64,000 bases of DNA, taken from positions 1 to 64,000 of the forward strand of contig NIVC01001062.1 of assembly GCA_002269645.1 (NCBI GenBank), given 5' to 3'. The DNA comes from Macrostomum lignano (Eukaryota). Below the pieces are notes generated by a model. The model had not been told where the DNA came from. It ran no database searches and saw only the letters and a program-made list of their open reading frames with translations. Each line of letters begins with the position of its first letter. Position 1 is the stretch's first letter. The translations under genes were made by a program, and so were the position numbers. Below are positions 33,969 through 49,655 of the stretch, piece after piece.

Positions 33969-34400
33969 CTAGGTGTATACCCAAATGAAAATTAGATAAT
34001 TATAAATGCATGCCAAAAAAATTTAGCGTATGCTTCATTTTCAAAACTATGCCAATGCTGCAACAATAAATGATTTTTTTACATTGTGACAATATTGGAC
34101 CCTTTTTGGCAAATAATAAAATTGATTTTTATGCTTTAATATGAGATGAAAAACCTAGAAAGCTTGAAATTTACACTGAAAAAAAAATAATAAATAAAAT
34201 GAAAAGAAAAATGAACTTTTTTATTTTTTCTATTTTACAATAATTCTTTTACATTATTCTATAGACTAAAGTGCATGCCAGGTATACACCATACTATTCT
34301 TATAGAGTGATGCACACCAACTGTACATGCCTACTTTTGGCATACAAGGCCAATGCACACCTAAATTTTTAGGTGTATACTATATGACCCAATGTGTGGA
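33969..34400 (+). repeat. Dispersed repeat, inverted partner of 29575-29916
   Basis: Same shared blocks as the 29575-29916 copy. Confidence 0.7.
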
Positions 34401-34570
34401 GCTAGGGATGCAAAATAATATATTGACTTTCAAATAGCATCTTAAAATTTGACCCTTAATGCAATTTAATACCTTAGGGGGGCCTAGCACCATCAAAAAA
34501 CCTAGCAGCTTGGCTGCAAGCAATCATAATCCATTATCCATCAAACCAAAATTCAATAAAAATATCTTAC

Positions 34571-34594
34571 CCTGAAGAATCCTGCATCTGCCAT
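34571..34594 (-). CDS. SRRM1: SRRM1 first coding exon (MADAGFFR)
   Basis: ATG GCA GAT GCA GGA TTC TTC AGG followed by GTAAGA. It matches the conserved MDAGFFR start with a phase-0 intron. The total protein is ~979 aa. Confidence 0.92.
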
Positions 34595-36550
34595 TTGAAA
34601 AGAAGACCAATAGCTATATACTAATATAGTAAAATATATTTGATAAAATTTGCAAAAGTTAAATAGGGGGGCTTAAAGAAAGTTGATGGACTTTAAACAA
34701 TTTATTTACTAGGAAATTTTAAATTTAAGTGGGCTGGGCTTGTATTAGTAATAGATATTTTTTTAGTCAAGTATCAATCAATAGGGCCAATATATTGATA
34801 TACAATCAATAGCTTAATCCTAAAGGTGTAGTTCAGTTTTGCTCTTTGCTAAATAAGTGAAGAATTAGTCTCAGACTAGACTAAGAAAACTTGATTTTAA
34901 TTGCTGTAGATTATTTATTATATTTTACATTCAAAAGCGAAAGCATTCAAACAAGTCGAGTCAATCTAGATCTAGCAAATAAACAATAAAGACTTATCAA
35001 AGTAAAATTTAAAGCGAAGAAATATTACAGTTTTGAATGAGCGCGCTATTAAATGGTTGTGTGTTGTTAACAAAATATTTTTATTTCATTTTTAGTTATT
35101 TAAGACTTAAAGTTTTGTCATTAAAAAAGTTTGTTTCTTGTACTTCTTATCAAAATTTATATGTACGTAATATTTATAACACTAGAATGACTTATGCTTT
35201 AAAATTCGACTCAGATTGAATCAATTAGATATATGCATGGTTTATACTCAAATATGTGAAGAAGTCCGCTGTTAGGCCTAGGCGTTGTAGGAACGTTTCA
35301 AAAAGTGGGGGGCGTGCAGGTTCAGTGATAGATTTAGGGGCGGGGGGGTGGGCGCACAGGGTCCACGCACGCCCCCGTCGAGTTAGATTTTTTTATATGG
35401 AAAATGCACTATGCACATCATGTACCGATAATTTTCAGAATCCATCTTGTCAGCACTCATTTTATAAAAGCGCCGCAGGCACACATTTTAGCGCCGCAGG
35501 CACTCATTTTGGCGCTGCAGGCGCTATGTTTTGTCGCCCTGCAGCAAAATGTATTCATGCAAAGCAGCAACAAAACCAAAAATAAGCAAGAAGTCTACAT
35601 TTTACATTTAAAATATGGAGGGGCCAGATAAGCCTAGCCTACCATTACTGGCCTATCATTCTTCTCGAATCTTTTTTTCATTTATTTTTTCAATGTTTTT
35701 CGAATTTTTTCCTCTTTAGAAGCTGATTTTAGCAGCCAGTCCAGCTAGTATTGTGCACCCTTATAGTCCAATATAGCAAGGCAAGATCATTGGCATAGCC
35801 ATAGTCCAGCACACTGAGTCACCTTTCCAGTTGGCATCAACCCATATGTCACGGAAATAAGAAGCTATTGTTATTAGAAAGGAGAGCAGTCCATAGCTCC
35901 TAGTTAAGCACCAGGATGAACAGGAATGGTGTAAGTGTATCATCTCCTTAGGCCTAAAGCATCCCATAGGATGTCTTAAAGAAATCCAATAGGCCACTTG
36001 GTATTAGATTAGCTACTAGAGCAAATTAGCTGCTCTAGCATATTGTACACATAATGCACAGTAGTATAGGCCTAACAATAGAATAATCAAGACTTAAGAA
36101 AAAATCTTTAATATCCTAAAATATTCATTATAAAAATTAGTATTAATATTATCAATTTAACTAGGCCTAGACATAACAAAATATCTATTTGTCTAGTATT
36201 GACTAGGCCTAGATAAATAGTAAAACATTGCTATTTATCTAGTCATTAGACAAAGAATAACTACTCATTTATCATTTTTAGAGTTTTTGAAATTTGAATA
36301 TATTATATATATTTGTTTATATTGGCTATTAATAGGCCCTAGTTTATATGTTAGGCCTAACTTGATTTCCAACTATATTCAATGTCCATATACTAGGGCC
36401 TAACCATGGTTTATCAGTATCTATATCATAAATGCATAACAGTCAGCCAAGTTGGTCAATCTAGCTGACTGATTTGGCGGCCAACCAAGGTAAGTTGCAA
36501 AAATGCCCATATCCGAATAAATACCCAAGTAGTACTAAATAGATAATGAA

Positions 36551-36710
36551 GCATCTTGCCTTAATTGCCTTAAGACAGTCATAGTTACTCCTGCCATTTA
36601 TCCAAAATTGCATTAATTTTGCTTTAGGGTTTCTTTAACATGTAAGTTGCATTTTTGGCTAAAAACTGTCACATTTTTTGTTAAAACTAAGTTGCACGCT
36701 GCACGGCCAA
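36551..36710 (+). repeat. Dispersed repeat family, copy 1 (others at 38221-38368 plus, 56941-57082 minus)
   Basis: Shared ACAGTCATAGTTACTCCTGCCATTTA...TTTAGGGTTTCTTTAA...AAGTTGCA. Confidence 0.75.
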
Positions 36711-36847
36711 CCAAATTTTAGAGGTTGTGAATGTATGATCTATATTAGTATATACATACATAACTGCTAGCCAATCTGGCCACTGTTAATTGTGGTGGAC
36801 TAGGGGTTAATCATAAAAATGCCTATCAAAATAATATAGACATAGTA

Positions 36848-38207
36848 TGAGGGGTGCGCAAAAAGTCTTGGCAACTGGCTCATAACTTTTTTAAATAAAC
36901 ATTTAAATGTAACCATTCTTTCATCTTTGCATATTTTGCAAAGTATGTATGCAAAGTATGCAAAGTATATTTTGCATTTGTTCATAAATTTTCAGCTTAT
37001 TGCACTGATTTTTTTGCTTCCTAGAGCATTTTGATTAATATACAATCTCATTTTCAGCCTTCAAATGGCAAATAACACTGCTGATCAGTGAAGATTTTAT
37101 GTTTTCATGCAATTGCAGCTTGGTGAAAATGCAACCAAAATTCATGCCGAGCTAGTCCAAGTTGTAGCAGATCAGGCCCCTTTGTACCACACCGTCGCCC
37201 TGTTGGATTGAATTGGTCAGTGCTAGTCAACGCTCCATGACCGATAGCCCTCATTCTGGGAGACCAATGACATCCATGACTGAGCAGAACATTGTAGCTG
37301 TGCGACAGCTGGTAGACAAAGATCGCAATATCACCATTGCACTACTTAGCCAGACAATTGGCATTTCTAATGGCAGTGTCCAAACCATCCTGCATGACCA
37401 TCTTGGCCTCTGCAAGGTCACGGCCCATTGGGTACCTCATGCACTCACAGCAGAGCAGAAGCAGGAGAGGGTTCGATGCAGCCAAGAATTTCTACAATGC
37501 TTTGGTGAAGGTGGCACTAAACGACTTACTAATGTTGTGACTGGTGATAAGAAGTGGTTTTACTACTTCCAAGTGCCTCACAAGAACCAAAACAAGGTTT
37601 GGATTGGTTCTGATGAAGACCGTCCAACTGTTCTGCGCCCTGGGTTTTGCTCACAGAAGCAGATGTTTGTTGTCTTTTTCAGCATCAATGGGCCAGAGAC
37701 AGTTGTTATGGTGCCAAATGGACAGAATGTCAATGCCACATTCTATACTAGCGAGGTTTTGCCTAAAGTTGTGGCTTCAGTCATGGAAAAGCAGCCAACC
37801 CACCTCCAAAGTGGCAGAATTCACTTGCACCACAACAACGCCTCCAGCCACACTGCAGCCATGACAACAAGCTTTTTGGCCGATAACAAGCTCAAGGTGA
37901 TACCGTACCCTCCATACAGTCCTGACTTGGCACCCTGCAACTTCTGGGCCTTCCTGAAGCTGACCGAATGCATGGCTAGATGCCATTTTCAATGGCCCCA
38001 AGACCTGGCTCGCCGCATCAATTCAGAGCTGAACACCATGCAAGCTTCAGAGTACCACTCTGCCTTCAAGGCATGGATCCGCCGTCACTAGAAATGCATA
38101 GAATGTGGCGGAGATTACATTGAAGGACTTTAACAAAGTTTTAAGATTTACTAACAATTCATCTACAATTGGGAACCCAGTTGCCATAACTTTTTGTGCA
38201 CCCTTCG
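36848..38207 (+). mobile_element. Full-length, inactivated mariner
   Basis: TA TSDs (36846-47 and 38208-09) and ~31-bp TIRs TGAGGGGTGCGCAAAAAGTCTTGGCAACTGG / CGAAGGGTGCACAAAAAGTTATGGCAACTGG. The ORF has WVPHAL, VTGDKKW, HHNNASSH and YSPDLAPCNF; the second and third catalytic Asp positions read Asn. Confidence 0.95.
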
Positions 38208-38939
38208 TACTAGTTAAATGATGAGGCATTTAGTCTTAATGAAACAGTCATAGTTACTCCTGCCATTTACCTAAAATTGCATTACTTTTGCTTCAGCTTT
38301 AGGGTTTCTTTAATAAGGTAAGTCACATTTTTGGTCAAAAAGTAAGTTGCATGGCCAGTGTAAATCAAAAGAGTTGTGTTATGTAAATGTTGGTATATTA
38401 TTGATTTGAGAGAAAAAGGCTCAACTGATTTTCTTTAAATTTGTATTATTCAATCAAATTTTACTTTACTATAAGAGTAAATGTGTCTTGGCTAAGAAAT
38501 TGCTCAATGCTAAAGGGATTAAATATTTCAATGCAAAATGCATTGTAAAAATGCTAAAGAAAAAATGATTGGCTAAATTATATTTCTGGTAAAGATTGCA
38601 TCATAACTGAATTATAACTGTTGAAAACACACTAGATAGAAACATAGCAAAATATTTGATTTAGATTTTGTAACTATATTGTTAGTTTTAATTGGGACTA
38701 ATTTGATTGCCTCAGCAATTGATTGCTTTAATAACTGCTTTGTATGAATTTTACTCAACTGATTTGGTGTTAATATGGAATTATATATGTGGTAAGTCCT
38801 ATAATTCATTTCATAAAATCAACAAGAATTAGCCTGGATACACATAGATTGTATTACTAATGTATTAACTGAGGTTTCAATCTTAATAATTAATTTTTTT
38901 CTGTAAAGCTTATTCAAAATAAAAATAGTTACATTGGCT

Positions 38940-39855
38940 AATAAAGGGATTATTGCACTAGCTTAGAAAGGAATTATTGCACTAGCTTAGAAAGGAATTA
39001 TTGCACTAGCTAAGAAAAGGAATATTTCTCAAGCTAGAACATGGATTATTGCACTGGTTGAGTCAGATTATTACACTGGCTAAGACAGATAATTGTACTT
39101 GCCGAAAAGGAATTATTGCATTAGCTAAGACATGGATTATTGCATTGGCTAAGTAGGGGATTATAGTATTAGCTAATGAATGGAATTATTGCACAAGCTA
39201 AGAAAGCAATTATTGCAATAGCTAAAAAGGGTTTGTTGCAATATCTATGACAGAATATTACATTGGCTAAGACATAGATTATTGCATTGGCTAATAAAGA
39301 AATTATTGCACTATATGAGAAAAAGATTTATTGCACTAGCTAGAAAAGGGATTATTGCACTCGCTAAGAAAAGGATTATTTCACTTGATATGTTAAGGAT
39401 TATTGTACTAGCTGAGAAAGGAATTATTGTACAAGCTAAGACAATGATTATTGCATTAGACTAGAAGAAAAAATGATTATTTTACTAGCTTAGAAAGTAA
39501 TTATTGTACTAGCTGAGATATGAATTATTAAACTTACTGAGTCATTGATTATTTCAATAGATGAGTAAAAGATTATTGCCCTTTCTAAGAAAGCAATTAT
39601 TGCATTAGCTGAGAAAATTGTTGCATTAGCTACTTGCTGTCTGGGGGATGCTTGCTATTTAAGGGATGCTTGCTATCTGGTGGGGATGCTTGTTGTCTGG
39701 GGAATAGGGGATGCTTGCTATCCAGGGGGTGGAAGATGCTTGCTATCTAGGGGGATAGGGGATGCTTGCTATCTGGGAGATGCTTGCTATCTGGGGGGGG
39801 GGGGGTGGAGGGATGCTTGTTATCTAGAGGGGTGCTTGCTGTCTGATGGGATGGT
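38940..39855. repeat. Two degenerate tandem arrays (~21-bp GGAATTATTGCACTAGCTAAG type; GGGGATGCTTGCTATCT type)
   Basis: Visible recurring motifs at ~38940-39630 and ~39637-39855. Confidence 0.85.
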
Positions 39856-40039
39856 TGCTATTAAAATGTACCCCACAATTTTTTATAATATATGGTTATT
39901 TACCCATGTTTTCTATAGTTTATGTATCATTTTTGTGATATTAAATAATGGTCTAGAATTATTTTTATCTAGCTTGAAAAAATGGGGTCCAACAATTTTC
40001 TAGCCTAATCATACACTTCAGTGGCTACAGTCCAGCTGA

Positions 40040-40875
<836 letters not shown>

Positions 40876-41419
40876 TGATTTATGAATAGTTATTTGTTGT
40901 CTGCATCATGAGTTTTAGGGTTGGATTTAATTTGGATTCTTGTTAATAGGGTGAGATTTCGGTGGGGATTCTTGTTAATAGGGTGAGATCTTTGCACGTT
41001 TGTTAGAGATGCAGTTCCTATCACAGTTTTACAGTGTGATGCCTGTCGGACTACAGGAAGTCTCTTTGAAGGATTGTAGCTACTAATTTCTAATTTCTAC
41101 CTAAGCAGACCTTTATGCAGCCTTTATCGTCAAGCGCATCCTGCGCTTTGTGATTTTATGCAGGCTATAATTATTTTGTCGGTTTGTCGACTCTCTAGCT
41201 TTGATTGAGCTCATTTTGTCTGAGTGAATAATTGCTGCAATAATTAGTGTAATAGAGAGCCTTTTGGTTTGCTTATTCGACTGTAAAGTTTTGCTAAAGG
41301 AGTTGGGAATAATAGTGATAACGTAAAGCAGAAGAAGATAGTGTAAATTGTGTGACAAGGTAGAAAGGATTTTGTGACAAACTGTGTCTGACAAACTGGA
41401 TTTTGTGACAAAGTGGAGT

Positions 41420-42620
41420 TTGTGTGACAACTAGAATAGATTGAGTGACAACTAGAATAGATTGAGTGACAACTAGAATAGATTGAGTGACAGCTAGAAT
41501 AGATTGAGTGACAACTAGAATAGATTGAGTGACAACTAGAATAGATTGAGTGACAGCTAGAATAGATTGAGTGACAACTAGAATAGATTATGTGACAACT
41601 AGGATAGGTTGTGTGACAACTAGAATAGATTAAGTGACAACTAGAATAGATTAAGTGACAACTAGAACAGATTAGGTGACAACTAGAATAGATTAAGTGA
41701 CAACTAGAATAGATTAAGTGACAACTAGAATAGATTGAGTGACAACTAGAACAAATTAAACGACAACTAGAATAGATTGAGTGACAACTAGAAAAGATTA
41801 AGTGACAACTAGAATAGATTAAGTGACAACTAGAATAGATTAAGTGACAACTAGAATAGATTAAGTGACAACTAGAACAGATTAGGTGACAACTAGAATA
41901 GATTAAGTGACAACTAGAATAGATTAAGTGACAACTAGAATAGATTAGGTGACAACTAGAATAGATTAAGTGACAACTATAATAGATTAAGTGACAACTA
42001 GAATAGATTAAGTGACAACTAGAATAGATTAAGTGACAACTAGAACAGATTAGGTGACAACTAGAATAGATTAAGTGACAACTAGAATAGATTAAGTGAC
42101 AACTAGAATAGATTAGGTGACAACTAGAATAGATTAAGTGACAACTATAATAGATTAAGTGACAACTAGAATAGATTAAGTGACAACTAGAATAGATTAA
42201 GTGACAACTAGAATAGATTAAGTGACAGCTAGAATAGATTAGGTGACAACTAGAATAGATTGAGTGACAGCTAGAATAGATTAGGTGACAACTAGGATAG
42301 ATTAAGTGACAACTAGAATAGATTAAGTGACAACTAGAATAGATTAGGTGACAACTAGGATAGATTAAGTGACAACTATAATAGATTAAGTGACAACTAG
42401 AATAGATTAAGTGACAACTAGAATAGATTAGGTGACAACTAGGATAGATAAGGTGACAACTAGGATAGATTAAGTGACAACTATAATAGATTAAGTGACA
42501 ACTAGAATAGATTAAGTGACAACTAGAATAGATTAAGTGACAACTAGAATAGATTAAGTGACAACTAGAATAGATTAGGTGACAACTAGGATAGATTAGG
42601 TGACAACTAGGATAGATTAA
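41420..42620. repeat. 21-bp minisatellite in JNK intron 2
   Basis: Unit GTGACAACTAGAATAGATTAA. Confidence 0.97.
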
Positions 42621-42644
42621 GGCGAATTGGTGTGAACTAAGTAA

Positions 42645-42947
<303 letters not shown>

Positions 42948-42991
42948 TAGTAGAAATAAAAGTAAAAAATCGATAAAACATCAACAATTAA

Positions 42992-43219
<228 letters not shown>

Positions 43220-43255
43220 TGATAAGCTGGTTTATTGCTCACATTTGTTTGATTA

Positions 43256-44462
<1,207 letters not shown>

Positions 44463-44483
44463 TAAGGGCTCTGGCTGCAGCGC

Positions 44484-44690
44484 TGTCTGTCTGCCCGTCT
44501 GTCTGCCTGTCTGTCTGTCTGTCTGTCTGTGTCTGTCTGTCTTAGTGCCTGTCCGTGTGTCTGTCTTAGTGCCTGTCTGTGTCTGTCTGTCTTAGTGCCT
44601 GTCTGTCTCTCTGTCTTAGTGTCTGGACTCTGTTTGTCTGTCTGTCTGTCTGTCTGCCTGTCCGTCTGTCCGTCTGCCTGTCCTGTACCT
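44484..44690 (+). repeat. (TCTG)n microsatellite in JNK intron 5
   Basis: TCTG runs interrupted by CTTAGTGCC words. Confidence 0.9.
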
Positions 44691-44873
44691 GTCTGCCATA
44701 ATTCCAGTCTACCTGAATCTTTGTCTGTGTATTTTTCTGCTCCAATTTTCCATATAAAAAGTTTCTTTTCTACTGTTAATACCAATATGCTATATGATCG
44801 TCCAGTAGTTGATAAAGCGCCTACTTATTACTAGTAGTAGTCAGCAGCAAAACAATCAAATTTTCTATTACAG

Positions 44874-45138
44874 GTACGACGACACCGAAGTGAACGGCCC
44901 ACCGCCGCAGCGCTACGATCACGGCGTTGACACGAAAGATTTCAGCGTAGAACACTGGCGCCAGCTCATCTTTGCCGAGGTCAAAGCTTTTGAAGCCACT
45001 ACTGCCGCAGCTGCCGCCGCCGCCGCTGCCGCAGCATCATCGAGCCAGTCTCAGGCCTCTGGATCGTCAGGTTCATATGCCTCCGATAATAATAACCATT
45101 ATTTTAATCATCAAATAATCACTGTTTCATTCATTTAG
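44874..45138 (+). CDS. JNK: JNK exon 6 (the 3' end is uncertain: stop at 45138 or an internal donor)
   Basis: WYDDTEVNGPPPQRYD...VEHWRQLIFAEV, then polyAla. Confidence 0.85.
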
Positions 45139-45169
45139 TACTCATCCTGTCATCTACCATATAATCATC

Positions 45170-45560
45170 TCATCGGATAATTACCTCAATAGATAATCAC
45201 CTCATCGGATAATCACCTCAATAGATAATCACCTCATCGGATAATCACCTCATCGGATAATCACCTCAATAGATAATCACCTCATCGGATAATCACCTCA
45301 ATAGATAATCACCTCATCGGATAATCACCTCAATAGATAATCACCTCAATAGATAATCACCTCATCGGATAATCACCTCAATAGATAATCACCTCATCGA
45401 ATAATCACCTCAATAGATAATGACCTTTTCGGATAATCACCTTTTCGGATAATCATTTCATCGAATAATCATTTCATCGGATAATCATCTCAATAGATAC
45501 TTATATTATCGAATAACCATCTTCATAGATAATCACCTCATTAGATTGTCACCTTATCAG
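45170..45560. repeat. 16-bp minisatellite downstream of JNK exon 6
   Basis: Two unit variants, ATAATCACCTCATCGG and ATAATCACCTCAATAG. Confidence 0.9.
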
Positions 45561-47309
45561 ATAATTGGTAGTTATTCATTTTAAATAACTATTTAATAAC
45601 CTATTTACACTTTTCAGACGGCAGTTGCCATAGCAACAGTGGAGCCTATTCGTGCATCCCTCACTAATGCTAATATGAAAGAATTAACTGTTATTAACCG
45701 ACTTTTAAGCAGAGCGGCTTCCTCTGCAACTGACAGCAACAAGATACTTGATGTGCCGCCGTTCATATAACTATCCCAGTGTTTATTAAGCTTTTAGTAT
45801 ATTTAGATTTCAGCAGTTTGTGTATTAAAAATTCTAATTATTGTGTAGTTTGTGCAATGTACTACTACTGTTACTTATCAGTGTTTTAGTAGTATGATGA
45901 AATCGCAAAGGCGTAAAATGCAAAATTCTTGTTTTTGGATTACGCATCTGCAATCGACTCATTTGTAGGAATTTTATCTAATTTGTTGTTTTAACGTCAA
46001 GTTTTGTTTTAATGTTTTGTTTAAAGAGCTTTCAAAATTATTTATATTTTTAAGCTGTTTCCTTATGATTGTCTTGCGTGAAGGCTTTATATATTTAGGT
46101 TTCGTTTACTTATTCATGTCGACGCAAACAAGTCGTTTTTGGACGGTTTCGGTTAAAAATTATTGTGATACTACTTGCGTTGTCGGCTGGTTAAGTAGCA
46201 TAAACTGCGTATTGCATGAACAATTGTTTTTTATTTCTAATTATTTTAAATTATCAAATGACAGCTGTTCTAAAGCTCCATGTCGTAGTTTTTTAGTTGT
46301 GGAACAATTTTTTGACAGCTTTAATGACACTGACGTGAAATTTGTGCTTTCTCCTGTAGTACTCGTATTTTATTAGGTAATCAACAGTAGCACTCAATTT
46401 TGCGGTGTTGCTTATGTTGTTATTTGTTTTTTCAAACAGAACTCATATCACCTTGTAGTTTTTATCAATTAGTAGAATCTCTTCGTTTATTGTTTTTTTT
46501 CTCGGTTTTGATTACTCAATTCATTTTGAATAGTTTTTGTGTGATTCAATATAAATAATTTAGCCTTTTTCGTATCATACTACTTCTCCAATTTTCGCTC
46601 ACATTGTGTTTGCAAATAAAATGGTTTATTGAATATTAAAATTTTGATATATAACTGAACTGAAATTAAAGTACACAATGCACTTGTTTAATTGCACAGT
46701 TTGTAATTGCAATACCAATCTAGAATTACTGTAATTTATTATGTAGTAATTATGCTACTAGTAGTAAGTAAGTCCATTTTTGTTTCATAATAATTTGTGA
46801 TTCTGTATGCAGTAAAAATAAAATGCTGTTTGAGACAATAAAAACAACACAAATTGTTTCTCACTGCTCTGGAGTATTTTGTGACAGCAACAAGCAATTA
46901 TTTATTTTGCTTTTTGAGTAAAAGAAAAATTCAACACCTGGTCTTCATCGGGATGACATCAGATCATGTCTTGTTTGATTTTTTGCTCGAGGGAAGAAAT
47001 GTTGAGATATCAGAAAATATTTCAATCAGTTAAAGTATATTGAACAGAATTGCGTGGTATAAAATGGTTATTCGCTGTAAAAATAATGAACACGATTCAA
47101 ATGGGATATTATATTATAGTTAGCTAAATTCCAGCGCAAAAAGTTGTCTACACAACATATCGGAATTTTGCAAGTACAGTACGTTTGCGCCACTCTGTTG
47201 TAAAAAACTTAATAAAATAACATAATAACACTTAAATAATCTAAAGAAACAATGTCAGTAGTAATAATTGATTCGTAAAAAAATTAAAATTAAAAAAGCA
47301 AAAAGTATC

Positions 47310-47381
47310 TGAGCCCGACGTGATTCGAACACGCAACCTTCTGATCTGGAGTCAGACGCGCTACCGTTGCGCCACGAGCTC
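47310..47381 (-). tRNA. tRNA-Trp (CCA)
   Basis: GAGCTCGTGGCGCAACGGTAGCGCGTCTGACTCCAGATCAGAAGGTTGCGTGTTCGAATCACGTCGGGCTCA: 72 nt, paired acceptor stem, CCA anticodon, and a downstream T5 Pol III terminator. Confidence 0.97.
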
Positions 47382-47666
47382 CACTGGTAGAGTCGAGCAC
47401 GCTTAAGATATAAAGTGAAACTTTGAAGCTTGGAAAAATCGGAATGGGCGCGACTCTCGTCTCCCCGCTGTGTCTACAGCTAAGTCAAGTAAATAAAGTA
47501 ATTACGTCAACGTGGCAGAAAAGACGGTGCTACATATCTGGCCTTCGACGTCACTGATTAGCGGAGATCAGACAGCGCGCGCCCTCCTTCTGACAGATGG
47601 CAAATCCATCTGTCAAGTTTGAAAGATGTGAAGTTTGTCTGTCAAGTTTGAAAACGGCGAGCGAGA

Positions 47667-47760
47667 GGTGTAAATGTCACGACCCACTGAATCCTAGGCC
47701 ACGTGGGAATCCCGGACAAACAAAAGAGAGGATGAGTTAGCAAAGCAAGCGGCGCAACTA
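47667..47760 (+). mobile_element. RNase H fragment of a non-LTR retrotransposon (degenerate)
   Basis: GVNVTTH*ILGHVGIPD, then after a +1 shift REDELAKQAA; compare the consensus WVPGHVGIPGNERADELAK. Confidence 0.6.
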
Positions 47761-49655
47761 ACTAGACCAGAGCAGAACGGTTGTGGAGTTCAAGGCAATA
47801 AAAAGGTATCTGAGAAACCGTTGGAGACACGAGAGGTGCGACACGACTCAGAGCAGTCTACAGCGGCAGGATTGAGCAGACTAGCTGACGCCGGTAGACA
47901 GACGGCAACGTAGCACAGCTTAAGGGCGGGACACTGCAGACCTAGAAGGTCAGTTTGGAGCCGGTGACGGTAGTGGCTTTTAGGGTCTGCGGTGAGTGCG
48001 AAAGCAAAGACCACTGGTGGAGTACGTTGTGCGCGTTGGACGGCCTCCACAAACGTCTAGTAGTATAGGAATGGAGTCGGTCCTGCATGGGCAAGGATGC
48101 GATGGTGATCGGCTTCCTCAGGGCGGGCCCATGCCCGCAGTGGATCGCCTGAGTGAGGTGTTTCCGATGACACAACAGACACGAACAACAGAAGTACGCT
48201 GTAAGGGTCTTTGCATGTTTAGAAGGGCAGAGCGTGTGCGCCTCTGGACCACAGTTCGTGAAAGAAGGCCGCATCAGCACAATTCTGAACGGCTGTGGAC
48301 AGTACGACTCAGCGTGGATGATGTGGCCTGCCATGCAAGCTGGATTCGCCGACGCCGAAGCAGGGACTTCCAAAGCTGTTTTAGTAGTCCCTGTGCCGCA
48401 ACAGGTCGCTTTAATTGGACGGACGTTGAACACTCGCTCGTCGCTGATCTTGAAGGCGGCGTGAAGCAGGCAGGCAGAGCAACAGTCAACTGACAGGGAC
48501 GGTCAAAGTTGTCAGGAAGGCTGAAGCGCCCAGTCCCAGGACCATGAAATAATTTAATAAGAAGGGAGCCTGGAACTCGCAGGTCTCAGCCATAGACATC
48601 GTCTGGGAGTCGTCTCGGAGCAACGTAGCTCGTACTTTACATGTACATGGCTCCATTGGCCTACAAACCCTATATTGCCTTGTCTGCATCGAAGACTGCA
48701 AATCAGAGAAGTTCAGAAATAATAACTTATTCGAAAGTAAATTGAATTATGCTCGTAACTCAAGACAACTTGCATGTACGACGTACAGTACTCAATTTTT
48801 GTTAAAGTGTCAATTAATTCATTAATTTTAAGCTAATCAGAAGTATAGTACATATATATTGCTAGTGTACTAAAAAATAAGAAAGACGAATAAAAATCCA
48901 TATTTAGGTGAGAAAATGAGCGATTTTAAAAAAAATTTTCTCTTATAATTTTAAAAAGTTTCCCTCTTCTCAGGACTTGTTTGAATGAGTTTGTTTTCTT
49001 TGTAATTTATTTTATTTAACTTTATAATATTTTGAATACACTGGCAGCAACACTTCAATACAGAAAAAACTTTTTGCTCAACATTATTGATCTCGTGAGC
49101 TATATAAACTGGATATAATATTTAAAACAGTCGGATACTACATAGAGTTGAAAAAGCACAAACTTAAACAGTTACGATACCGTCTTTAAAAATCTTTTTT
49201 CTGCATTTTTTACAGGGACGACGATTTGATTGCAACATGTTTTTTGAAATATTATAAGAAATCACGGCAGTATATAGTATGTGGGACCATTGTGGGTAGG
49301 ACAAAACAACGTAAAATTAGCAAGGGGTTTAAGCTATAACAAATAGGCCAATGACTGATTAATATTGCGCATTTAAATATGGGATTATACGTCCTTAACT
49401 ACGTCCTCGTGTCATCAACTTCAAGGCCGTAGATTTTTTTAAAAACCTTTGGTGCAAAACTTATACACGATTTTACCGGAATAATGTTGATTTGGTATCT
49501 TGCTTAGTGTACCGCCACTACCGGTAGAACACAGAATTTCTTGTGGCGTTTAAATGCCTGGTTATTAATAAAAATGTTAAATACAGAAGGGATATTACCA
49601 ACAATCTAGGGAAAATTACTTCATTTGTGTCTGGCGTTTTTCTGTCGGAATCAAG

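Noticed and set aside
37612-37640. CTGATGA as a second hammerhead core
   Set aside because: It lies in mariner coding sequence and lacks stem II and a GAAA box.
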